Shown piece by piece: positions 34,614-43,638 of a DNA stretch of 64,000 nucleotides. The notes under the pieces are model-generated. The model was not told the origin of the DNA. It worked only from the letters and a program-made list of their open reading frames with translations, and did no database searches. This DNA comes from an uncultured Methanomassiliicoccaceae archaeon (GTDB lineage Archaea > Thermoplasmatota > Thermoplasmata > Methanomassiliicoccales > JACIVX01), in assembly GCA_964544915.1 (NCBI GenBank), contig CAZJDY010000015.1:1248-65247 (forward strand), in the 5' to 3' direction. The position numbers and the translations under genes were made by a program. How positions within the stretch are numbered: the stretch's first letter is position 1; the number at the start of each line of letters is the position of its first letter.

Positions 34614-35783
34614 ATGTTCCTCACCCGGGATGAAGAAGCGGTCTTGAAAGGCGAGAAGGGATTGGGCGTCCAGCGGGCCATGGAATTGCTTGTAGCGATT
34701 GGCACCGTCTATGAGGCGGAACGTCTAATCCCAATAAGCTCGGCTCACCTCTCCGGAGTTTCCTATAAGACGATAGGCGAGGGGGGCGTCGACTTTCTGA
34801 CTAACATAGCCTCGGATTCGAAGGTCGTCGTAAAGACGACGCTTAACCCCGCGGGGATGGACCTCGTTCGCTGGGGAGAGATGAAGATCTCGAAGAGGTT
34901 CGCCGAGAGGCAACTTGAGATCATTGATTGCTATTCGAGGCTGGGTGTCGAGACCAATTGCACCTGTACCCCATACCTGGCAGGAAACCTCCCAAGAAAG
35001 GGTGATACCGTCGCCTGGGCCGAATCCTCTGCGCTCTCGTACATTAACTCGATCGTCGGCGCTCGAACGAACCGCGAAGGAGGCCCAGGGGCGCTAGCCG
35101 CCTCGATTCTCGGCAAGACACCAGCCTATGGCCTGCATCTCGACGAGAACCGGAAGCCGACCGTGGTGATAGATGCGGAGATTGACGGCGGGCTCTTCGA
35201 CCACACGCTCCTGGGGCAAGTTGTGGGCAAAAAGGTTGCGAATGCGGTCCCTTATTTTAGGAACATAAGGCCGAATCCCGACGAGGCTAAGACCCTTGCA
35301 GCGGCCATGGCCGCTTCAGGGTCTGTTGCGATGTTCCATGTAGAGGGGATGAAGCCCGAGGCAAACGATGCCGATCTGAAGGGACTCGAGAGGATTGGGG
35401 TCGAACGGAGAGATCTGATCGATGCGAGAGAAACCTTGTCCACTGGTCGGGAGCCGGATCTCATCGCTGTTGGCTGTCCACATCTGTCCGAGGCCGAGAT
35501 CCGAGATCTCGCCTCAATCTTGAAATGCAAGAGCAAGAAGACCGATATCGACGTCTGGTTCTGCACGTCGAAGGCCACGAGGAAGCGATGTCCGAAAGAG
35601 ATTGACGTACTGGAACGCTTTGGCAAGGTCCTGTGCGACACATGCATGGTCGTCGCTCCGATTGAGGATCACTATTCTTGCAGTGCCACGAATTCCGCGA
35701 AAGCGTGCAACTACCTGCCGACGCTCTGCTCGCAGAAGGTCGTCTGCGCTAGCGCGGCGGACTTGATGAAGATGGTCACATGA
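34614..35783 (+). CDS. Aconitase X large subunit (DUF521); mevalonate-5-phosphate dehydratase-type
   Basis: 389 aa. ISSAHLSGVSYKT...CTCTPYL...AWAESSA...FHVEG are motifs of DUF521/AcnX. Confidence 0.8.
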   Translation: MFLTRDEEAVLKGEKGLGVQRAMELLVAIGTVYEAERLIPISSAHLSGVSYKTIGEGGVDFLTNIASDSKVVVKTTLNPAGMDLVRWGEMKISKRFAERQLEIIDCYSRLGVETNCTCTPYLAGNLPRKGDTVAWAESSALSYINSIVGARTNREGGPGALAASILGKTPAYGLHLDENRKPTVVIDAEIDGGLFDHTLLGQVVGKKVANAVPYFRNIRPNPDEAKTLAAAMAASGSVAMFHVEGMKPEANDADLKGLERIGVERRDLIDARETLSTGREPDLIAVGCPHLSEAEIRDLASILKCKSKKTDIDVWFCTSKATRKRCPKEIDVLERFGKVLCDTCMVVAPIEDHYSCSATNSAKACNYLPTLCSQKVVCASAADLMKMVT

Positions 35784-36577
35784 TCCTGAGAGGGAGGGGA
35801 ATATTCAGGGGAATCGCAAGAGGTCCGATCGTAGCGCTGGACAGCCCTTTCAGCTTTCTCGGGGGAGTCGATCCGTCGACCGGTCTTCTCTCCGATTCAA
35901 ATGATGTCAGCATCGCCGGCAAGGTCCTCGCTTTCCCGACCGGAAAGGGGAGCACCGTCGGCTCCTATACAATGCTGGAGATGAAAAGGCAGGGAACGCT
36001 CCCGGCGGCGATTCTAAACAAGAAGGCCGAGCCGATCGTAACGACCGGTGCGGTCATGTGCGGCATCCCCCTGGTCGATTCAATCGACGTCTCAGTGCTT
36101 AGAAGCTGGGATGTGGCGATAGTGGACGGGACCGAGGGTACAGTCGAGGTCGAGGGAGTCGAAAAGAAGAGCGTTGTCACGTGCATCCTGATGAAGAGGG
36201 ACAGGTTCCTGATCCTGAAGAGGAGCGAGAAGGTCGGGACCTTCAGGGGCAAATGGGCAGGCGTCAGCGGGTACGTCGAGGTCGGCGAGGAGCCGATTCA
36301 GACAGCACTCAAGGAGATGTGCGAAGAAGTGAGGGTGACGGATGCCGAGCTTGTCAGGCAGGCCGATCCGATCGTCGTCCGTTCCGGTGAAATCGTGTGG
36401 GAGATACATCCCTTCCTCTTCAAGGTCAAGGGGGATGGGATAACGACGGACTGGGAACACACGGGGCACAGGTGGATCGTGCCGGACGAACTCCCGGGAT
36501 TCGACACTGTCCCGGGTTTCGACAGAGTGGTCGAGATGCTCCTCTCAAGGAAGATCGTTTCGACCGGAACGCGATGA
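35780..36577 (+). CDS. Aconitase X small (swivel, DUF126) subunit fused to a C-terminal Nudix hydrolase domain
   Basis: The N-terminal ~130 aa (GKVLAFPTGKGSTVGSY...LPAAILN) look like DUF126. The C-terminal ~135 aa carry a Nudix box, GYVEVGEEPIQTALKEMCEEVRV. 4-nt overlap with the large subunit. Confidence 0.75.
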   Translation: MILRGRGIFRGIARGPIVALDSPFSFLGGVDPSTGLLSDSNDVSIAGKVLAFPTGKGSTVGSYTMLEMKRQGTLPAAILNKKAEPIVTTGAVMCGIPLVDSIDVSVLRSWDVAIVDGTEGTVEVEGVEKKSVVTCILMKRDRFLILKRSEKVGTFRGKWAGVSGYVEVGEEPIQTALKEMCEEVRVTDAELVRQADPIVVRSGEIVWEIHPFLFKVKGDGITTDWEHTGHRWIVPDELPGFDTVPGFDRVVEMLLSRKIVSTGTR

Positions 36578-36614
36578 TTTGTCGCCGAACTCGTGACTTG
36601 CCCCGTCCAGGTCA

Positions 36615-39600
36615 TCACATCGTGACGTCGACTTCTTTCTCCAGCAGGTTAAGCTCGTGGGGTTCCAGCGTCGATGGGTTTAGCGCCATCAGCAGTATGG
36701 CGTTCCTGATGGCGATTTGGTCCCTCAGCGACTGAACGAATCTCAAGACCGTGAGGAAGTTGTTGTTCGTGATGAGGTACTCGAGTCCGTCAAGCAAGAC
36801 TATGCTGCCCTTGCCAGGGTCCGCTGCGGTGATGAACTGCTCCAGGGACACGCTCAGTTTCTCGAGGTCCTTTGGCCTGAGCGTGTTCTCCTTTCCAACG
36901 TTCGATAGCCAGATGATCGGAGTGTCCCCGATGTTGTGCTTTGCCTTGATCTTCAGCGGGTAGTTCCTTGTGACGCAGAAGCCCTTGAGGCCCTCGGACA
37001 GGGCCTTGACGAAAAACGCGTAGGCCCGCTCGGCCTTCTCCTCTTTAATCAGGTAGGCGAATGACGGCTCGAGCTTGTAGTCCTCGGTCGAGATCGCCTC
37101 GCCCTCCTCCTCGACCTCCTCTTCCTCCGCGACCTCCGAGGGCGCCTCCGCCCCGCACGACGGGCATGTCACCGCATCCGGCGGAATGCTGGTCCCGCAC
37201 TTCTCGCACTTCACAGGGTTCTTGAATCCGCCAGCGTGGACATAGGCCATGATACTCTCTGCCGTCTTCGCACCGATCCCCTTGACATGACGGATCTCAT
37301 CCTTTGACGCAGCCTCGATCTTCTCTATGCCGTCGAACCCGGCATCGTACAGCATCTCCGCCTTGACCATGTTCATCCTCGGGATCCTGAGCAGGTAGGG
37401 GATGAGCTTATCCCTGGGCATTGATCCACCTTTGGCGACCAGGCTCTTCCCGCAGGACGAGCAGGTCTCGGACCCTTCTTTTATAGGGGTGCCGCATTCG
37501 GGGCATGTCTGCTCCGCGCCCGCCCCAGTCTTCTGCAAGTAGTGAATGATCTTCCTCGCGTCCGTCTTCGAGACGTTTCTTATCGCGGCTATCTCCTCCT
37601 CTGAAAGAGACTTCAGGTCGGTCGGCGACTTGTGCCCCGCCTCCACCAATCCAAGCGCCCCTTCCCGAGACAGTCCGGGTATCGCAGAGAACTGGCCTAT
37701 CGACTCCCTGGTATGTAGAGACGTCACGCCGACCTCGATGTCCTCTCCCTCAACCTCCCAGCTGACGACCCTCTCCCCTCCGGGTTCTTCAGTGAAATTC
37801 ATGTCCTTCGCCCTGGTCTCCTTCATCATGTGTTCCTTCCAGACCTTGAAGAACTCGATGAGCTTCGCAGAGGCCTTGACCTTCGCAGTGATGAACTCCT
37901 CCACGTCCAGATCCATGTCTTTTCTCATCTGCTGTATGCGCCTTATCAGGTCCCTGGCATAGCCCTCCGCTTCGATTTCCGGAGTCATCTCGAAGTCGAC
38001 GTAGACTTCGCCCTCGGAGAACTTAACGCTCGTGACGTCTGGGGGCAGTGAGGTTGTGAACGAGACCATGTTTGGTTCGATCTTGATCATCTGGCCTTCA
38101 ATGCCGAGAGAGTACTCTCCCTTTTCGATGCTCTCCTTTATCTGACATGCAGGCCTGCTCTTCAGAAGGATCGCTATCTTGCTGGACCATTGGCGATAGA
38201 CCTTCCCGATTGCCATCGGGTTCGGGATCACGTTGAGTATCAGATCTTTCCAGTCCTCATCAGGGTTGACGAACTCGACCCCTTTGAGGTTGGCCTGAGA
38301 GGCCAGGACGCCCTCGAGGGTTTTCAACATGTCCAGCGTTTCATTCGTGTTGGCCTTGATTGTCAGCCTTCTGAGCGGCCAGCGGAGCTTCACGCCCCTC
38401 GATTGCCTCTCCCTGGTCACTATCTCTACTATCTCCTTGACCAGGGACATTGCCCCTTCCAGCCTGTCATCCGCCTTTGTCAGGTCAGGAGTGGGCCAAT
38501 CCGACATGTGGACGGAGGCTTTCGAACCGTCGAGGTTCTGGTATATCTCCTCCGTTATGTGAGGGCAGAACGGCGCTAGCAGCTTGGTGAGCGACATCAA
38601 CGATTCGTAAAGGACCTTATAGGCCGCGATCTTGTCCAAGTCCCCTTCTTCTCTCCACATCCTGTCCCGGATCAGCCGTACGTACCATCGCGACAGGTCC
38701 TCGAGGATGAACTCCTCGAGGGCCCTGCAGGCCTTGTGCAGCTCGAACGATTCGAGATGCTTCGCGACCTCGTTCTTCAGCCTCTCGCTTCTGGATACCA
38801 ACCACCTGTCCTCGGGCCGAAGCGTCGCGGTAAGGCTCGCGTAGTCTACGGCATTCGGATCGAAGTGGTCGATTGACATGTACGTGGTCGCGAAGTTGCA
38901 GACGTTCCAGAGGACGTTCAGCGTGCGTCGAGCGTTCTTCACCCCTTCGCGCTGGAAGGCGATGTCCTCCCACGGGGCGTTTGCCTTCATCATGTAAAAT
39001 CTGAGCGCGTCCGCGCCGTGCTCGCCTATGACCTCTGCCGGTTCGATGGCGTTCCCCTTGCTCTTCGACATCGGTTGCCCCTGAGGGTCCAGTATCCAGC
39101 CGTGCATGAGCACCGACTCATATGGCGCTCTCTCGAAACCTATGCATCCTGCGGCGAGCTGCGAGTAGAACCAGCCGCGCGTCTGATCATGAGCTTCGGT
39201 GATCCACTTGGCGGGCCACCATCTGTCCAGTTCCTTCCTGCTGCCGGGAAATCCCAGCTGGGCCCAGGTCGACACACCAGAGTCGAACCAGACGTCGAGG
39301 ACGTCTGGCACTCGTTTCATCTTTCCTCCACACTTGTCGCACTTCAGAGTCACGGCGTCGATCCACGGTCTGTGGAGCTCCATCCCTTCGCGGTAACCGT
39401 CGGCACCCTTGAGGTCGTTGACCGAACCGATGACCTTCATCTCCCCGCACTGGCACCGCCAGATCGGCAACGGAATGCCCCAATACCTCTGTCGTGATAT
39501 GCACCAGTCCCTTGCGTTGACGGCCCAGTCGTACTCCCGTGACGACCCCGCCCAATCGGGGGTCCACCTGACCTTATCAATCTCCTCGAGCATGAGGTCC

Positions 39601-40877
39601 TTTATCTGGGTGATTCTCAAGAACCATTGAGAGGTCGTTCTGTATATGAGAGGAGAATCACACCTCCAGCAGTGCCCGTACCTGTGCTCGAGCGAGTGAT
39701 CGTAGAACATCAATCCCTTTTCCTTCAGCGCCTGAGCGATCTCGACGTTGGCATTCCTCGCGTGCATGCCAGAGAACTTCTCTCCTGCCTCGGAGCTGAA
39801 CTTGCCGCTCTCGTCAACCGGGCAGAACGCTTCGATTCCGAACTCCTGCCCGAGCTCGAAGTCCTCGGGACCATGGCCAGGAGCGATGTGCACCAACCCT
39901 GTGTTCTCCGCGGCTACGGTCGACGAAGGTATGACGCGGTGCGTCCATTTTCCTGTCACGGTCTTCTGGTACGGGATCTCGTCTTGGAACGGGGTCAGGT
40001 ACTCCATCCCGACCAGATCGTCACCCTCTATCAGCTCGGCGATCTCGTACTCGTCCCAATCCGCAAGCGCCCCGATCTCCTCCGCGAGGTCCTCCAGCAC
40101 GATGACGCTCTCCTTCTCCTTTCCTTCCGACCGGGAATATGTAACCTTAGCATAGGTGAAATCCGGATGAACCGCCACTGCCATGTTCGCCAAGAGGGTC
40201 CAGGGTGTGGTAGTCCAGATCAACAGGGACACGCCCTCCTCGTCCCGCAGAGGTAATTTCACGTAGATCGATGGGTCGCTCTCATCCCAGAATTCGATCT
40301 CAGCTTCGGCAAGTGCAGTCTCGCAACGTGGGCACCACGACAGCACGCGATTGGCGGATATCAGCAGACCCTTGTCATACGCCCGTCTTAGCGTCCACCA
40401 AGCCGCCTCGACGTATTCCGGAGAGATAGTGAGGTAGGGGTTGTCCCAGTCCATCCATACACCGAGCTCCTTGAACTGCTCGGTCATGCGTTTCTGGAAA
40501 TCGATGGCGAAGTTCTTGCACGTGCTGACGAACTTGTCTATCCCGTAGTCCTCGATCTCCTTCTTGTTCTTCACCCCAATCGTCCGCTCGACCTTGACCT
40601 CGATCGGCAGGCCGTGCATGTCATAGCCAGGCTGATCGCGGACGTTGAACCGCTGCATTCGCTTATATCTAATGATCGTGTCCTTCAGGCTCTTGTTCCA
40701 CGCTGTTCCTAGATGGATCGAGCCAGTAGTGTAGGGAGGACCATCCACGAAGTAAAAATCCGCACCGCTCGAGCGAAGCTCCTTGACCTTCTTGTATGTG
40801 TTGTTGCGGTTCCAATTCTCTCTTACCTTCTTCTCGAGTTCCGCCGGATTGTATGTGGATTGGACCTGCTTTATCAT
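36615..40877 (-). CDS. ileS: Isoleucyl-tRNA synthetase with ~365-aa C-terminal HhH/Zn-ribbon/DUF835-like extension
   Basis: 1420 aa. PPYTTGSIHLGTA (HIGH), KMSKSKGN (KMSKS) and the editing domain are present. The tail is described in the findings. Confidence 0.95.
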   Translation of the reverse strand: MIKQVQSTYNPAELEKKVRENWNRNNTYKKVKELRSSGADFYFVDGPPYTTGSIHLGTAWNKSLKDTIIRYKRMQRFNVRDQPGYDMHGLPIEVKVERTIGVKNKKEIEDYGIDKFVSTCKNFAIDFQKRMTEQFKELGVWMDWDNPYLTISPEYVEAAWWTLRRAYDKGLLISANRVLSWCPRCETALAEAEIEFWDESDPSIYVKLPLRDEEGVSLLIWTTTPWTLLANMAVAVHPDFTYAKVTYSRSEGKEKESVIVLEDLAEEIGALADWDEYEIAELIEGDDLVGMEYLTPFQDEIPYQKTVTGKWTHRVIPSSTVAAENTGLVHIAPGHGPEDFELGQEFGIEAFCPVDESGKFSSEAGEKFSGMHARNANVEIAQALKEKGLMFYDHSLEHRYGHCWRCDSPLIYRTTSQWFLRITQIKDLMLEEIDKVRWTPDWAGSSREYDWAVNARDWCISRQRYWGIPLPIWRCQCGEMKVIGSVNDLKGADGYREGMELHRPWIDAVTLKCDKCGGKMKRVPDVLDVWFDSGVSTWAQLGFPGSRKELDRWWPAKWITEAHDQTRGWFYSQLAAGCIGFERAPYESVLMHGWILDPQGQPMSKSKGNAIEPAEVIGEHGADALRFYMMKANAPWEDIAFQREGVKNARRTLNVLWNVCNFATTYMSIDHFDPNAVDYASLTATLRPEDRWLVSRSERLKNEVAKHLESFELHKACRALEEFILEDLSRWYVRLIRDRMWREEGDLDKIAAYKVLYESLMSLTKLLAPFCPHITEEIYQNLDGSKASVHMSDWPTPDLTKADDRLEGAMSLVKEIVEIVTRERQSRGVKLRWPLRRLTIKANTNETLDMLKTLEGVLASQANLKGVEFVNPDEDWKDLILNVIPNPMAIGKVYRQWSSKIAILLKSRPACQIKESIEKGEYSLGIEGQMIKIEPNMVSFTTSLPPDVTSVKFSEGEVYVDFEMTPEIEAEGYARDLIRRIQQMRKDMDLDVEEFITAKVKASAKLIEFFKVWKEHMMKETRAKDMNFTEEPGGERVVSWEVEGEDIEVGVTSLHTRESIGQFSAIPGLSREGALGLVEAGHKSPTDLKSLSEEEIAAIRNVSKTDARKIIHYLQKTGAGAEQTCPECGTPIKEGSETCSSCGKSLVAKGGSMPRDKLIPYLLRIPRMNMVKAEMLYDAGFDGIEKIEAASKDEIRHVKGIGAKTAESIMAYVHAGGFKNPVKCEKCGTSIPPDAVTCPSCGAEAPSEVAEEEEVEEEGEAISTEDYKLEPSFAYLIKEEKAERAYAFFVKALSEGLKGFCVTRNYPLKIKAKHNIGDTPIIWLSNVGKENTLRPKDLEKLSVSLEQFITAADPGKGSIVLLDGLEYLITNNNFLTVLRFVQSLRDQIAIRNAILLMALNPSTLEPHELNLLEKEVDVTM

Positions 40878-41000
40878 CGCCGTCCCTAGAGGCCTAATGT
40901 GTGTTACCCCTCTTATAACTATAGGGCTCTGGCACTCATTCTGATAACGAGCTATCCCCGGCTTCTCTTACCCCTCGGAAGCGTCCGGGGAGCGGGATCA

Positions 41001-42032
41001 TCAAAAGATGTCGAGGCTGCTCTGCGAGTGCGTCTGAGCGCGTTCCGCCTTGTGCTTTTCCTCGATCCTGCTCAGCGCGCCCTCCACTCGAGACCTCGAG
41101 AAGTCGTGGCCTTCGCACAGGAACTCGATCACCTTCTCCTTGTCCGGCGCCCTCCAATCCAGTCGATAGTCGCCTGTCTTTTCGTACGCCAGGAAGATGC
41201 GTTTCACCGCTTCGCACCTGGGGATGTCGGCCCCTATGGACTTGAGCACCGCTTCAATGCTTCCATGCTCTCGTATCAGCTTCAGGGCCTTCTTCGGGCC
41301 GATCCCGGAAATGCCGCTGTTGTAATCGGTCCCCATCAGGATGCACAGATCGATAAGCTGCTCACTTGAGAGTTCCAGTTCGTGGAGGACCCTGCTCAGT
41401 TCGATGACCTCGATGCTCACTGTCTTGTAATCGTTCCTTCCCGGCATCTTCCTCTTGCCAGTGATGGTCAGGTTCCGCACTAATCTGGGGGCTCCGAAAA
41501 GAAGGGAATCGAAGTCCTGGGAGGACGCGGCCCAGACGCCTCCTTTCAGGGCCATGTATGCGGCCTGTGCCTCGCCCTCCTCCGGGGCCTGCACGATAGG
41601 AATGCCCATGTAGGTCAGGAGAATCCGGGATGACTCCACGATCTCGTTCGTGATCCTTGAGGCCTGGGTCGCCTTCGAGAATGCCTTCCCGTAATCGCCC
41701 TTCTTCAGTGCCTCCTCCCATTCCATCTTCGCCTTCACCCTCTTCTCGGATCTCTCCAGTATCGTCTCTCGCTTCATTTCCGGGGGGATGCCGTCGAAGA
41801 CGTAGGAGGGGCGGATCCCCGCCTCGATCAAGTTCGTATTTCTGTAAAGCAGACCGGCCAGGTGGGAGGTTATCCTGCCTCTCGAATCCATCAAAGGCGT
41901 GCCATCGGGCTGCCTTATCACCGATAGGAACTGGTATATCGCATTGTAGGCATCGACAGCTACGCTCTTCCCGGCCAGGTCCTCGAGCTGCACGACATCG
42001 ACCGGGACGATGTCTGAGAGATTTACGCCCAT
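41001..42032 (-). CDS. fen: Flap endonuclease 1
   Basis: 343 aa. MGVNLSDIV...AVDAYNAIYQFL...SQDFDSLLFG...GTDYN are FEN-1/XPG motifs. Confidence 0.92.
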   Translation of the reverse strand: MGVNLSDIVPVDVVQLEDLAGKSVAVDAYNAIYQFLSVIRQPDGTPLMDSRGRITSHLAGLLYRNTNLIEAGIRPSYVFDGIPPEMKRETILERSEKRVKAKMEWEEALKKGDYGKAFSKATQASRITNEIVESSRILLTYMGIPIVQAPEEGEAQAAYMALKGGVWAASSQDFDSLLFGAPRLVRNLTITGKRKMPGRNDYKTVSIEVIELSRVLHELELSSEQLIDLCILMGTDYNSGISGIGPKKALKLIREHGSIEAVLKSIGADIPRCEAVKRIFLAYEKTGDYRLDWRAPDKEKVIEFLCEGHDFSRSRVEGALSRIEEKHKAERAQTHSQSSLDIF

Positions 42033-42120
42033 GGCATTCTGACATATTGGAGCATCGTCAAATATACTTTCCTGGCCAATGGAGGTTATGCTTAACTAGT
42101 ACCATTGCCATCTTCGGATC

Positions 42121-42339
42121 ATGACGGGAGAGTATGGTTTCAAAGGTCGGAAACCAGTCGCAGAGGGGCAGGTCTACACGATACAGATCACCGACATAGG
42201 ATCGCAGGGGGACGGCATAGGGAAAGTGGAAGGCATGATCGTTTTCGTTCCAAACACGAAGGTGGGCCAGGAAGTGAAGGTCAAGATAACCAAGGTGGTC
42301 AGAAGAGCGGCCTTCGGAGACGTCGTCGATCAGACCTGA
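42121..42339 (+). CDS. TRAM domain protein
   Basis: 72 aa. GQVYTIQITDIGSQGDGIGKVEGMIVFVPNTKVGQEVKVKITKV is a typical archaeal stand-alone TRAM. Confidence 0.8.
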   Translation: MTGEYGFKGRKPVAEGQVYTIQITDIGSQGDGIGKVEGMIVFVPNTKVGQEVKVKITKVVRRAAFGDVVDQT

Positions 42340-42342
42340 GAT

Positions 42343-42513
42343 TCATTCCTTATTGTGTGGAAGATAGAGCATGAAGGTGCCGATCCCAATCCAGACCAGG
42401 ATCGCAATTATGACCACGACGTTCGAGCCCAGATACACCGCCGCGGCGAGAAGGAGAAGTGGGAAAACCACTGTCACCAGTATCAGAAACGTCTTGCTTG
42501 TGAACCCGTTCAT
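42343..42513 (-). CDS. Small two-helix membrane protein (56 aa)
   Basis: Own translation: MNGFTSKTFLILVTVVFPLLLLAAAVYLGSNVVVIIAILVWIGIGTFMLYLPHNKE. Below the ORF-track cutoff. Confidence 0.35.
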   Translation of the reverse strand: MNGFTSKTFLILVTVVFPLLLLAAAVYLGSNVVVIIAILVWIGIGTFMLYLPHNKE

Positions 42514-42599
42514 CTTGCCACTTGGGGCAGAATGAGGGGAAGCGTTTATGAATCTTTCCTATCGGACGCGTGTCAGTTTCTTGGTCCGGTATCCCTACG

Positions 42600-43250
42600 C
42601 TACCCGAACCGGTGCCAGGTCTCCATCTCCTTTTTGAGATCGGGACACTCGAAGAGGGCGCTCCCCGCAGCGAGCACGGATGCGCCCGCCTCCACTGCCA
42701 TCTTTCCGGTCCTTGCGTTTATTCCCCCATCGACCTCGATCTCGACCCCAAGCCCTTCTCTGTCGATGTATTCGCGAGCCTCGTGGATCTTCGGGAGCAT
42801 ATCGGTGATGAACTCCTGACCGGCAAAGCCAGGGTGAACGGTCATCACGAGCAAGAGGTCAATCTCCCGCATGTAGGGTTCGACCTTCTTGAACGGCGTC
42901 TCAGGGTTGAGAGAAAGCCCGCACCTCCTCCCCAGGGACCTTATCCTGTTCAGCGTGGATCGGACCTTCTCGGTCGCCTCCACGTGGACGGTGATTATGT
43001 CGGAACCGGCGCTCGCGAAAGGTTCGACGTATTTATCCGGGTTCATTATCATGAGGTGGACGTCGAATGGTATCGAGCAAAAGTGCCTGACTTGACGGAC
43101 GACGATGGGGCCGATCGTGATGTTCGGCACGAAGTTGCCGTCCATGACGTCCACGTGGACCCAATCCGCTCCAGCTTCCTCGAGCTTCCTCACCTCATCA
43201 CCAAGCTTGGAGAAGTCCGCGGACAGGATGGACGGGGCTATCTTGATCAT
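42600..43250 (-). CDS. rpe: Ribulose-phosphate 3-epimerase
   Basis: 216 aa. IAPSILSADF...HVDVMDG.FVPN...FDVHLM...MTV.PGF.GQ.F motifs. Confidence 0.92.
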   Translation of the reverse strand: MIKIAPSILSADFSKLGDEVRKLEEAGADWVHVDVMDGNFVPNITIGPIVVRQVRHFCSIPFDVHLMIMNPDKYVEPFASAGSDIITVHVEATEKVRSTLNRIRSLGRRCGLSLNPETPFKKVEPYMREIDLLLVMTVHPGFAGQEFITDMLPKIHEAREYIDREGLGVEIEVDGGINARTGKMAVEAGASVLAAGSALFECPDLKKEMETWHRFG

Positions 43251-43373
43251 CCAGCCGCAGTATCGGTAACCTGAATAATAATACTTCGCCGGGTGGTCCG
43301 AGGCCGCGCGTCAGTATGTCCAGACCCGAATCGTTCCGATGATCGCAGAAAAAGTTCATAATCTGCAAGGAAG

Positions 43374-43598
43374 ATGACTGGGAGCATGGAAGGAACGCAG
43401 TGTGCTTCCGAGGCGGGGACGTGTGATGTCACGGGATGCGGAAAGCCAGCAGAGCGCTCGGTGTCCGTGAAACTGGCAGCGAGAGCTGGTCTGAAGCTCG
43501 ACGAATCCCTGAGGCGCGTGCATCTCTGCAAGGAGCATTACAGGAAGCTCAAGAAGGAGACGAAGGAGCTCAGACAGCTTGAGTCTCTTGGTCGTTGA
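43374..43598 (+). CDS. Small hypothetical protein with Cys/His cluster
   Basis: 74 aa. CDVTGCGK...HLCKEHY followed by a basic coiled tail. No family recognised. Confidence 0.4.
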   Translation: MTGSMEGTQCASEAGTCDVTGCGKPAERSVSVKLAARAGLKLDESLRRVHLCKEHYRKLKKETKELRQLESLGR

Positions 43599-43638
43599 CG
43601 GACCGGAAAAGGTTAAGAATGGCAAGGATTTCTAGCCC

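Noticed and set aside
36717-40256. Many 60-210-aa ORFs on the plus strand and in alternative frames within ileS
   Set aside because: These are shadow ORFs opposite a continuous, motif-rich 1420-aa IleRS reading frame.
41362-42045. 227-aa alternative-frame ORF overlapping fen
   Set aside because: It is in the same region as the FEN-1 frame, which has all the nuclease motifs. The alternative translation is Arg/Gly/Pro-rich low complexity.
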